The position numbers and the translations under genes are program-made. Of a stretch of DNA of 64,000 bases, positions 56,427 to 64,000 are shown one piece after another; the first letter of the stretch is position 1; every line of letters begins with the position of its first letter. Source of the DNA: an uncultured Dehalococcoidia bacterium (GTDB lineage Bacteria; Chloroflexota; Dehalococcoidia; Lucifugimonadales; UBA3495). The notes under the pieces were generated by a model, which made no database searches, was not told the DNA's origin, and saw only the letters and a list, made by a program, of their open reading frames with translations. Location: contig CAYFGT010000006.1 of assembly GCA_964343075.1 (NCBI GenBank), forward strand, positions 2,016 through 66,015, read 5' to 3'.

Positions 56427-56443
56427 AGTAACCATCAAAACAC

Positions 56444-57706
56444 ATGACTACTAACAGAAATCAACGCTGTTCATTCTGTGAGAAAACCCAGCAGAGGTCC
56501 AATCTGATTGTCGCAGGGCAAGGCAGGGCGTCCGTCTGTTACGAATGCATTCGAGTGCTTAATCAACTGATTGACACCGATAAAGCCTTTCAAGATGACG
56601 ACATAAGACCGGACATACCGTTAATACCTCGCGAAATATCCACCTTATTAGACCAATATGTGATAGGGCAACAGACAGCTAAGAAAACGATCAGCGTAGC
56701 AGTTTACAATCACTACAAGAGGTTATGGGGAACGGAAACAGATAACGACGTAAAATTACAAAAATCCAATATGCTACTAATAGGTCCAACAGGATCAGGT
56801 AAGACCTTAATAGCTGAAACCCTAGCCACTCTACTAAACGTGCCGTTTGCGATATGTGATGCAACATCTTTGACGGAATCCGGTTACGTAGGAGAAGATG
56901 TAGAAAACATACTTTTGAGACTTATAAAATCGGCCAATTGGGACGTTGAGCGTGCAGAAAAGGGAATAATTTACATTGATGAACTTGACAAAATAGCCAG
57001 AAAAGAAGGAATTAACAGATCCATCACGAGAGATGTTTCAGGCGAAGGAGTGCAACAAGAACTTTTAAAGATTATTGAAGGGACTGTAGCCAACGTTCCA
57101 GCCCAAGGGGGACGTAAACATCCTCAACAAGAATTCATTCAATTGAACACAAAAGACATTCTATTTATATGTGGAGGGGCTTTTGATGGTCTTAAAGAAA
57201 TCGTAGAGAATAGAATGACAAAAGGGGCGAATCTGGGTTTCTTAGCTACTAAATCATCAGAAGCCGAACTATCTACAGAAGTCGGTACCGAAGATATTCT
57301 TAATTATGGTTTTATACCAGAACTTGTAGGAAGGCTACCCATATTGGCCACTTTAGAAGCGTTAGACATCGACAGCCTCATCAGAATATTAACCGAGCCT
57401 AAGAATTCCCTAACAAAGCAATATCAACATCTATTTGAACTCGATGGTGTAGAACTAGAATTTACTGCAGAATCCCTATCTATAATTGCTCAAAAATGCA
57501 TCGAAAGTCAAACAGGCGCGAGATCCTTAAGGCAATATGTTGAAGAGATCCTATTGGATGTAATGTACGAATTGCCGTCTATATCAGACGTAACAAACTG
57601 CACAGTAGATGAACAAGCCGCTTTAATGAATCGAGGCCCACTTCTCACTGACTCCTCCGGAAACTCAATCAATCTAGAAGACGACGAAATCAAAAAATCA
57701 GCCTAA
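56444..57706 (+). CDS. clpX: ATP-dependent Clp protease ATPase subunit ClpX
   Basis: 420 aa. Zinc-binding CSFCEK...CYEC, Walker A GPTGSGKT and IYIDELDK. Confidence 0.95.
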   Translation: MTTNRNQRCSFCEKTQQRSNLIVAGQGRASVCYECIRVLNQLIDTDKAFQDDDIRPDIPLIPREISTLLDQYVIGQQTAKKTISVAVYNHYKRLWGTETDNDVKLQKSNMLLIGPTGSGKTLIAETLATLLNVPFAICDATSLTESGYVGEDVENILLRLIKSANWDVERAEKGIIYIDELDKIARKEGINRSITRDVSGEGVQQELLKIIEGTVANVPAQGGRKHPQQEFIQLNTKDILFICGGAFDGLKEIVENRMTKGANLGFLATKSSEAELSTEVGTEDILNYGFIPELVGRLPILATLEALDIDSLIRILTEPKNSLTKQYQHLFELDGVELEFTAESLSIIAQKCIESQTGARSLRQYVEEILLDVMYELPSISDVTNCTVDEQAALMNRGPLLTDSSGNSINLEDDEIKKSA

Positions 57707-58444
57707 TAATTGCCTGGATACTGAAAGAGTCATACTAATCGGCAAAGTATAAATATTACCGCCACTTTCATACGTACAACTAGACAAATCCACTTCACCG
57801 CTAGCTATCTTAGCTATGGTATCTGATAATAGGATCGGTTCGTGGGCAAATTGTCTTTGCCTAATTTCCTCAAACAGCCAATTTTCTCCTGTTTGTAATT
57901 CCACATGACGATCCCACAAATCTTCCAGATAACATTCACTAAAACTTATACAAGGACCTCTATCCACATCATCGCTGATCACATGGACCATGGTACCTGT
58001 AACAAGACTTTTTTCACGGATTAATGCTTCAATTACTTGCCTCCAAGAACCTTTAGGACCGTCTGGTAACGCGGGATGCAAATTAATCATCTTATAATCA
58101 TCGAATAATTCTTTCGAAACAATAAGCATGTAGCCTGCTAACACAATCAAATCGATATCATATTTAGATATGATATTCTTTACTGCACGATCATATTTTT
58201 CTCTGTCAAAACGGTTTAAGCTATCTATAAAATTCTTGTTTGATAAAGTTTCCAGCACCAAATCATATGATCTAACCAGGTCGAACATTTTATCGCTTTC
58301 TCGAGCATCGCCAGGGTCTCTGTTTGAAAACACTACTGATATATCAGCATCCAGCAATCCATCCTTAATCTTTGAATAAAAATGGGTTAATAAATCTCTT
58401 GAGCCTTGGCCTGTACCTGTGGAGAACCATCCTAATTTCATCAT
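57698..58444 (-). CDS. formyltransferase-family protein (PurN-like)
   Basis: 248 aa. INLHPALP and [12 protein letters not shown] (His...Asp) motifs of the formyl_trans_N fold. Substrate unknown. Confidence 0.6.
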   Translation of the reverse strand: MMKLGWFSTGTGQGSRDLLTHFYSKIKDGLLDADISVVFSNRDPGDARESDKMFDLVRSYDLVLETLSNKNFIDSLNRFDREKYDRAVKNIISKYDIDLIVLAGYMLIVSKELFDDYKMINLHPALPDGPKGSWRQVIEALIREKSLVTGTMVHVISDDVDRGPCISFSECYLEDLWDRHVELQTGENWLFEEIRQRQFAHEPILLSDTIAKIASGEVDLSSCTYESGGNIYTLPISMTLSVSRQLLG

Positions 58445-58447
58445 CTG

Positions 58448-58657
58448 TCAGGAGGGGTTGCTTATATCTTTAATAACTATTTCGGCCTTGTCCAAATAAT
58501 CGTTACATTTTGCAATCATCTGCATACATTGCTTATACAATTCGATAGATTGATCTAGGCTCAGATTTCCTGACTCCAACGACTTAATACCGTCGTTCAG
58601 TTTAGTAACCAGGTCTTCATAGGATATTTCTTCATTTGAGTTTTCTGAATCAGACAT
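58448..58657 (-). CDS. xseB: exodeoxyribonuclease VII small subunit
   Basis: 69 aa. Helical LE.G.LSLD.S...Y pattern. Lies directly after xseA. Confidence 0.8.
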   Translation of the reverse strand: MSDSENSNEEISYEDLVTKLNDGIKSLESGNLSLDQSIELYKQCMQMIAKCNDYLDKAEIVIKDISNPS

Positions 58658-58663
58658 GTCACC

Positions 58664-59845
58664 TCAATCTATAACTTCAGCCGATTTTTGTCCATCATCG
58701 AACGTTAATCTAATCATATCTCGCGGAGCAAGTTCTCTACTAGACCTGATTGGCAATCCATCAGAAGCGTTCTGAACATACGCAAACCCTCGAGCCAATA
58801 CGCTACTAAAATCTAGTATCCTAAGCTGACTCTCAGCAGCACCAATTACATTTCGTCTTTCTCGTATAGCTGATTCATACACATCACAAAATCTTTGAAA
58901 ATATTCGTCAATAGATCTCCTATGTTCGTCCAAATTAGGAGCCGCTCTATTTACATTATCTGTCAGAGTCATTAATTTATACTTGTTCATGCTAAGCGAA
59001 TTGTTTAAATTCTGGATAGCCCTATTAGTGTAGGTATTCAGATCCAGCCGTAAATTATCGACATCGGGGGCTATCAATTCTGCCGCCGCTGAAGGTGTGG
59101 GTGCTCGCATATCAGCCACCAAATCAGCTATCGTGATATCCGTTTCGTGCCCCACCCCAGATACGATTGGAATTTTACTGGCAAAAATTGCTCTTGCCAA
59201 TTGCTCTTCATTAAATGGCCACAAATCCTCCAGTGATCCACCTCCGCGAGCTAATATTATGACATCGGACCTACCTTCTAGGTTTAGAATTTCTATAGCT
59301 TCACGAAGCTCTTCTGCCGCATCCACTCCTTGCACAGACGAATGGGACAACAATAATTCACATAATGGATATCTTCTCCTGAGAACATTTTGTATATCTT
59401 GCCATACCGATCCGGACGCAGACGTCACTACTCCAACAACTTTTGGAAACATTGGTAGATCCCGTTTTCTGTTTAGGTCGAACAAGCCTTCAAGTTCCAA
59501 TTTAGCTTTAAGACGTTCAAATTCCACAGACAATGAGCCTTCACCTAAAGGAACAACAGAATCACTCTGGAAATTGCAATTCCCTCCTCTCCCATAAAAC
59601 GTCATTTTACCTGTAGCGAGTACTTGTTCTCCTTCTCTCAGGTATTCAATCCCAGGTCTATTAGCCCACATGACTGCCTGAACAACATTTTGCGCATCTT
59701 TTAATCTAAAATATCTGTGCCCAGATGGAGGTGAGCTTAAATTAGATACTTCTCCAACAACCGACAAATTGGTTAAGTTCAGATCATTTTCCAACGCCTG
59801 TTTCAAGTACCCTGTGAGTTCAGTAACACTCCAAGAGTGGTTCAT
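58664..59845 (-). CDS. xseA: exodeoxyribonuclease VII large subunit
   Basis: 393 aa. N-terminal OB fold (SVTELT..LK..LE), then GVVTS..G....D and ARGGGS.EDLW.FN. Confidence 0.9.
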   Translation of the reverse strand: MNHSWSVTELTGYLKQALENDLNLTNLSVVGEVSNLSSPPSGHRYFRLKDAQNVVQAVMWANRPGIEYLREGEQVLATGKMTFYGRGGNCNFQSDSVVPLGEGSLSVEFERLKAKLELEGLFDLNRKRDLPMFPKVVGVVTSASGSVWQDIQNVLRRRYPLCELLLSHSSVQGVDAAEELREAIEILNLEGRSDVIILARGGGSLEDLWPFNEEQLARAIFASKIPIVSGVGHETDITIADLVADMRAPTPSAAAELIAPDVDNLRLDLNTYTNRAIQNLNNSLSMNKYKLMTLTDNVNRAAPNLDEHRRSIDEYFQRFCDVYESAIRERRNVIGAAESQLRILDFSSVLARGFAYVQNASDGLPIRSSRELAPRDMIRLTFDDGQKSAEVID

Positions 59846-60411
59846 TAACTTACCCTTTCTGAATATTCGCCTGTACGAGTATCTACTTTAATTACGGTAC
59901 CAGGGGTGATGAACATAGGGACTGTTATTTTTAAGCCAGTTTCAAGAGTTGCAGGTTTGTTGCCTCCTTGGGCAGTATCTCCTTTAAATGCGGGAGGAGT
60001 TTCCGACACAGTTAATTCGACATGAGTTGGAAGGATCACATTGATCGCTGACCCTTTGTAGAATATCACTTCAAGTATCATCCCTTCGGTCACATAATCA
60101 ACAGCATTCGATAATTGGGATTCCACTAATTCGTATTGTTCGAAAGAATCTTGATCCAAAAAGTAATAATATTCCCCATCAGTATATAAATATTGAGCTT
60201 CTTTATTTTCTACCTCTGCTAGCTCCATTCCTGTGTCATCTCTTTGGAATGATTTCTCTACAACAGATCCTGTAATCATATTCTTCATCTTAATCTTGGT
60301 AACCGGCGCACGCTTTTGCATTTTGTGTCTCTCGTAATCCAAGACCTCCCATGGTTGGGATTCCAGTTCCACTACTAGACCTCTGCTCAAATCACTGAAA
60401 TTAATCGCCAT
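59845..60411 (-). CDS. efp: elongation factor P
   Basis: 188 aa. Three-domain EF-P pattern with C-terminal GDTAQGGNKPATLETG. The modification loop reads KMQKRAP instead of KPGKGQA. Confidence 0.95.
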   Translation of the reverse strand: MAINFSDLSRGLVVELESQPWEVLDYERHKMQKRAPVTKIKMKNMITGSVVEKSFQRDDTGMELAEVENKEAQYLYTDGEYYYFLDQDSFEQYELVESQLSNAVDYVTEGMILEVIFYKGSAINVILPTHVELTVSETPPAFKGDTAQGGNKPATLETGLKITVPMFITPGTVIKVDTRTGEYSERVS

Positions 60412-60434
60412 AATCTACACTCCTTCAATAAAGC

Positions 60435-60869
60435 TTATTGATGCTCTATCAGAGCATCAATCGCCAACTTATAACTTCTCCATCCAAATCCGGAGACAAT
60501 TCCAATCGCTATATCCGCTATTACTGAATGACGTCTCCATTCTTCTCTTCCATAAGGATTACCAACATGAACTTCTACAACGGGAACAGCAGCATCAATT
60601 AATGCATCTTTTAGAGAATAGCCGTAATGAGTTAAGGCTCCTGCGTTTATGGCTATCCCATCCACTGCACCGTGATGTTGTTGAATTATATCAACCAGTT
60701 CTCCTTCATGATTAGACTGGAAAAACACTAATTCTATGTCTTTCTCCTTCACAGAGGTTTTAATTTTATCTTCGACTTCAGTTAAAGTATCTGCCCCATA
60801 TATATCGGGGTTACGTTTCCCCAAAAAATTTAAATTCGGGCCATTAATCACCAATATTTTACTCATCAT
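60435..60869 (-). CDS. aroQ: type II 3-dehydroquinate dehydratase
   Basis: 144 aa. ILVINGPNLN.LG.R.P.IYG and FQSNHEGE motifs. Confidence 0.9.
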   Translation of the reverse strand: MMSKILVINGPNLNFLGKRNPDIYGADTLTEVEDKIKTSVKEKDIELVFFQSNHEGELVDIIQQHHGAVDGIAINAGALTHYGYSLKDALIDAAVPVVEVHVGNPYGREEWRRHSVIADIAIGIVSGFGWRSYKLAIDALIEHQ

Positions 60870-61815
60870 GTTCCTTTATAGATCTTGGATGAAAGCTCAT
60901 ATATGATTTACGAGCCTCATTCTTCGTAACATGGGCGTATATTTCCGTAGTAGTAGGACTTGCGTGCCCAAGTAATTCTTGAATCACTCTAAGATCTGCC
61001 TCACCTTCAAGCATATGAGTTGCAAAACTGTGGCGTAAGGTGTGTGTATGAATTCCTTCCCGCAGTCCCGCTATTTTTGCGTACTTCTTAACAACTAATT
61101 GTATACTTCTTTTAGACAATCTTTCCCCAAACCGATTGATCAATAGAGCTTTGGACATCGTACCGTTTCGTACATTATACAAATAATCTTCGATTGCTAC
61201 TTGACTCCCATCTCCAAATAATACTATCCGTTCCTTATTGCCCTTACCATTAACTTTTATTTCTTGCCGCTTTAAATTAACATCATTAATATTCAGTCCA
61301 TGTAATTCACTCAGTCGCACCCCACATCCATACAATAGTTCTAAAATTGCCTTATCTCTCTTGCCTTGTAAAGTCATAGAATTCGGAGCATTCAATAATC
61401 GAAAAATCTCACTCTTAGACATGAATATAGGAATTGATTTTCCAATTTTCATACTTAGAGTCTTAGCTTGAGGTATAGGATTAGAATCAAAATCGCCCAA
61501 ATAGACTAGATAATCAAAATACGACCGCAGGGCACTCAATTTCCTAACGATACTGGTTCTTTTGTACCCTTTAGTATTAGATGAATCAGAATTATTTGTA
61601 GAGTTTCTGGTATATGAAGCCAACCAGACCAAATACTCTCTTGTAGTACGAAGATTCATATCCTTCTCTGAATAGCCATATTCATGCAAGAATTGGGAAA
61701 AAGTCTGTACATCTTCGCGATACACTCTACTAGTGTTTTCAGATACCATTTTCTGTGACTTCAAATACCTGGCATATTTGTCAAGATAGCTATCTTTATT
61801 CACAAATCCACTCAA
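60859..61815 (-). CDS. tyrosine recombinase XerC/XerD-like
   Basis: Catalytic residues in GCGVRLSEL, HTLRHSFATHML and LGHASPTTTEIYAHV. The start is uncertain. TTG 61815 overlaps the topA stop, GTG 61803 is the alternative, and the listed ATG 61869 would overlap topA by 58 nt. Confidence 0.85.
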   Translation of the reverse strand: MSGFVNKDSYLDKYARYLKSQKMVSENTSRVYREDVQTFSQFLHEYGYSEKDMNLRTTREYLVWLASYTRNSTNNSDSSNTKGYKRTSIVRKLSALRSYFDYLVYLGDFDSNPIPQAKTLSMKIGKSIPIFMSKSEIFRLLNAPNSMTLQGKRDKAILELLYGCGVRLSELHGLNINDVNLKRQEIKVNGKGNKERIVLFGDGSQVAIEDYLYNVRNGTMSKALLINRFGERLSKRSIQLVVKKYAKIAGLREGIHTHTLRHSFATHMLEGEADLRVIQELLGHASPTTTEIYAHVTKNEARKSYMSFHPRSIKEHDE

Positions 61816-64000
61816 TCTGCTACAGGGACTTCGCTCTCGATAGTAGAAGGGCAGGATATGCATGACCAAACTCCCGGTTTATCTACCACCATAAGTCCTC
61901 CGCATTCTCTACACTTTTCTGAAACCGGTTTTTTGTTAGTCAAGAAATCGCATTCAGGATATGCCGAACAACCATAGAATGGCCTTCCACGGCTCCTAGA
62001 TTTCCTTTGTATAAGATCTTGTCCGCATCTCGGACAGGCCACCCCAGTAGTCTCAACAATTCGTTTGGTATTCCTGCAGTCAGGAAATCCTGTACAAGCA
62101 ATAAATTTACCGTATCGTCCGGTTTTGATCACCATCGGACTTTCACATTTTTCACATATTTCATCTGTAGGTTCTTCGATTTTCCGATATGGCATGTTTT
62201 CTGTAGCATTATCTAAGGACTTCATGAAAGGTTGATAAAATTGTTCAAGTACTTCAATCCATTCCTTCTCGTTACTAGCTATATCATCCAGATAGTTTTC
62301 CATCTCTGCCGTGAAATCTAAGTCCAGTATTTTTGTGCCATCATCTACATTATGAGTGCCAACATATCCTACAGATTCACCTTTCTGTTCAATTTTTGTC
62401 GAACCAAAGTAATCAATCAATTCATCGGACACAGTAATTCCTAACACTGTAGGTTTAAGTCTGGATTGATCTCGTTCAATATAATTGCGATCCAATATGG
62501 TTTTTATTGTTGGCGCATAAGTGCTTGGTCTACCAATCCCATTTTCTTCCATCGCTTTTACCAAAGAAGCTTCAGTGTACATAGGAGGTGCCTGTGTGAA
62601 GTGTTGAATCGGAGTAATGCTATCAGATATTAATGACATCCCTTCTTTTAATTCAGGTAATAATTTCGACTCTTTATCTTCATCGTCTTTGTCAGTCGAT
62701 TCTTCATAAAGCTTCTTAAATCCATCAAATATTTGTATCGAGCCGTTCGATCTTAATTCATAATCTGTATCACTTAGTGCGTCAATATCTACACGAGTCG
62801 ACTCTGTGACACTATCAGCCATTTGACTCGATACCATTCTTGACCAAATTAACCGGTACAACTTCATTTGATCGTCATTTAAATAACCACTCAATGCCTG
62901 AGGATCTCTTTTAATAGAAGTTGGCCTTATAGCTTCATGAGCTTCTTGGGCATTTTTACTCCGAGATTTGTACAAACGAGGAGTCGCAGGTACATAATTT
63001 TCACCATACATAGTTTTAACGTAATCCCTTGCTTCATTAATAGCAATCGAACTCACTTGAACTGAGTCGGTTCTCATGTATGTAATAAGTCCGACAGATT
63101 CTCCACCGACGTTGATTCCTTCATAGAGTTGTTGCGCTATACTCATCGTCCTCTGGGTACTGAACCGCAATTTCCGACCCGATTCCTGCTGCAAAGTGCT
63201 TGTAGTAAAAGGAGCCGAAGGTCGATTCTTCACTTGCCTAGACTTTATAGCGGTCACATTAAATTGTGCATTACTTAGAGAGTTCTTGATACCCGTAGCA
63301 GTTTCTTCAGTAGATATGTTAATTCTACCTTTTTTACCTTTTTCATTTTGCAAAATAGCTTTCATGGTGGTCCGGTCGTTATTATTAATAGCATCCAACA
63401 TTTCAAGTTCTATGGACCAATACTCTACAGGAATAAAACAATCAATCTCTTTTTGGCGGTCTGTTACCATCCGTAAACACACAGACTGTACCCTCCCTGC
63501 AGATAATCCTCGTTGCACTTTCCGCCACAATAGAGGACTCAACTGAAATCCGACTAATCTATCCAAAATTCTTCTGGTTTGCTGAGCGTCCACTAATCCC
63601 ATGTCTATAGTTCTAGGATGTTCGAACGCTTCTTCTACAGCTTGCTTGGTAATCTCATGAAAAACAACGCGTTTAAATTTAATATCAGTATCAGGTATCC
63701 CTGATGCTTGCTGAAGATGCCAAGAAATGGCCTCCCCTTCCCTATCAGGATCAGTTGCTAAATAAATTTCAGAGGCCTGGCCACATGCTTTCTTCAAAGC
63801 GTTCATTAATTTAGTTTTATCTCTTGTGACAACATACGACGGCTCAAAATCATTATCGATATCGACCCCCAATTTGCCTTTAGGTAAATCTCGCACATGC
63901 CCTTGTGATGCAACTACAACATACTTTTTGCCGAGAATCTGCCCCACAGTTCTAGCCTTAGCTGGAGACTCCACTATCACTAGTTTCTTTCCATTAGCTG
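61812..64000 (-). CDS. topA: DNA topoisomerase I, 5' end just outside the window
   Basis: VESPAKA Toprim start, active-site YMRTDS, and four C-terminal Cys4 zinc ribbons. The frame stays open upstream of the listed GTG (..ANGKKLVIVESPAKA) to the window edge. Confidence 0.9.
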   Translation of the reverse strand, partial: ANGKKLVIVESPAKARTVGQILGKKYVVVASQGHVRDLPKGKLGVDIDNDFEPSYVVTRDKTKLMNALKKACGQASEIYLATDPDREGEAISWHLQQASGIPDTDIKFKRVVFHEITKQAVEEAFEHPRTIDMGLVDAQQTRRILDRLVGFQLSPLLWRKVQRGLSAGRVQSVCLRMVTDRQKEIDCFIPVEYWSIELEMLDAINNNDRTTMKAILQNEKGKKGRINISTEETATGIKNSLSNAQFNVTAIKSRQVKNRPSAPFTTSTLQQESGRKLRFSTQRTMSIAQQLYEGINVGGESVGLITYMRTDSVQVSSIAINEARDYVKTMYGENYVPATPRLYKSRSKNAQEAHEAIRPTSIKRDPQALSGYLNDDQMKLYRLIWSRMVSSQMADSVTESTRVDIDALSDTDYELRSNGSIQIFDGFKKLYEESTDKDDEDKESKLLPELKEGMSLISDSITPIQHFTQAPPMYTEASLVKAMEENGIGRPSTYAPTIKTILDRNYIERDQSRLKPTVLGITVSDELIDYFGSTKIEQKGESVGYVGTHNVDDGTKILDLDFTAEMENYLDDIASNEKEWIEVLEQFYQPFMKSLDNATENMPYRKIEEPTDEICEKCESPMVIKTGRYGKFIACTGFPDCRNTKRIVETTGVACPRCGQDLIQRKSRSRGRPFYGCSAYPECDFLTNKKPVSEKCRECGGLMVVDKPGVWSCISCPSTIESEVPVAD

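Noticed and set aside
58445-58450. The xseB stop TGA is followed by one codon and then the in-frame ATG of the formyltransferase-like gene. xseA/xseB show the same TGA-GGT-GAC-ATG phasing.
   Set aside because: These are ordinary translationally coupled operon junctions. Both upstream proteins have complete, typical C-termini.
60859-61869. The tyrosine recombinase could mark an integrated mobile element.
   Set aside because: It has the full XerC/XerD catalytic signature and sits between housekeeping genes (topA, aroQ, efp). I could see no flanking direct repeats, tRNA target, or phage or plasmid genes.
1-64000. I looked for CRISPR arrays, defence islands, toxin-antitoxin pairs, transposases and long repeats.
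   Set aside because: No array-like direct repeats, cas-like, restriction-modification, or transposase-like ORFs were recognised. The GNAT/NUDIX pair looks like ordinary RimJ-like and Nudix housekeeping genes rather than a GNAT toxin module, since there is no small antitoxin with a DNA-binding fold.

Overview
This is a visibly AT-rich bacterial chromosomal segment with about 75 tightly packed genes. I saw no rRNA, CRISPR array, transposase or prophage signature. Most of it is core housekeeping. That includes ftsK, rnj, acpP/fabD/nusB, yceD-rpmF, prfA-prmC, rplU-rpmA-rpmE, hisH/hisA, proC, pdxA, nrdR-nrdJ, rsmH-ftsA-ftsZ, tig-clpP-clpX, xseAB, efp, aroQ, xerC-like and topA. There is also a UbiD-UbiA-UbiX-UbiE quinone cluster, a split B12-dependent methylmalonyl-CoA mutase with its epimerase and an acyl-CoA dehydrogenase, cofE, and a PduO-type adenosyltransferase. 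Accessory-looking genes include three MFS transporters, a class III aminotransferase/dienelactone hydrolase/HAD operon, and molybdenum-hydroxylase subunits split between two loci. The gene content suggests a marine Chloroflexota/Dehalococcoidia-like lineage, but that is inference only. The main hunt result is at 22785..23321 (minus strand). The ORF track stops a 97-aa ORF at a TGA, but the frame stays open for 80 more codons and the TGA falls in a U-G-S-C motif with a SECIS-like hairpin just downstream. This is a mis-split selenoprotein of the functionally uncharacterised UGSC type. It is translationally coupled to a 344-aa Cys-rich protein I cannot place in any named family, and together they look like an undescribed Sec-dependent two-gene module. 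Secondary leads are: an orphan promoter plus intrinsic terminator (candidate leader or sRNA) upstream of rsmH-ftsA-ftsZ; a promoter-equipped pair of unknown small proteins; a CysO/MoaD-like protein with a GG-IE tail next to DUF952 and orphan CoxS/CoxM genes; an amidohydrolase wedged between hisH and hisA; NrdR-box-like palindromes at the nrdJ promoter; and an EF-P lacking the canonical PGKG loop. All family calls come from motif recognition by eye, with no database search or computation.
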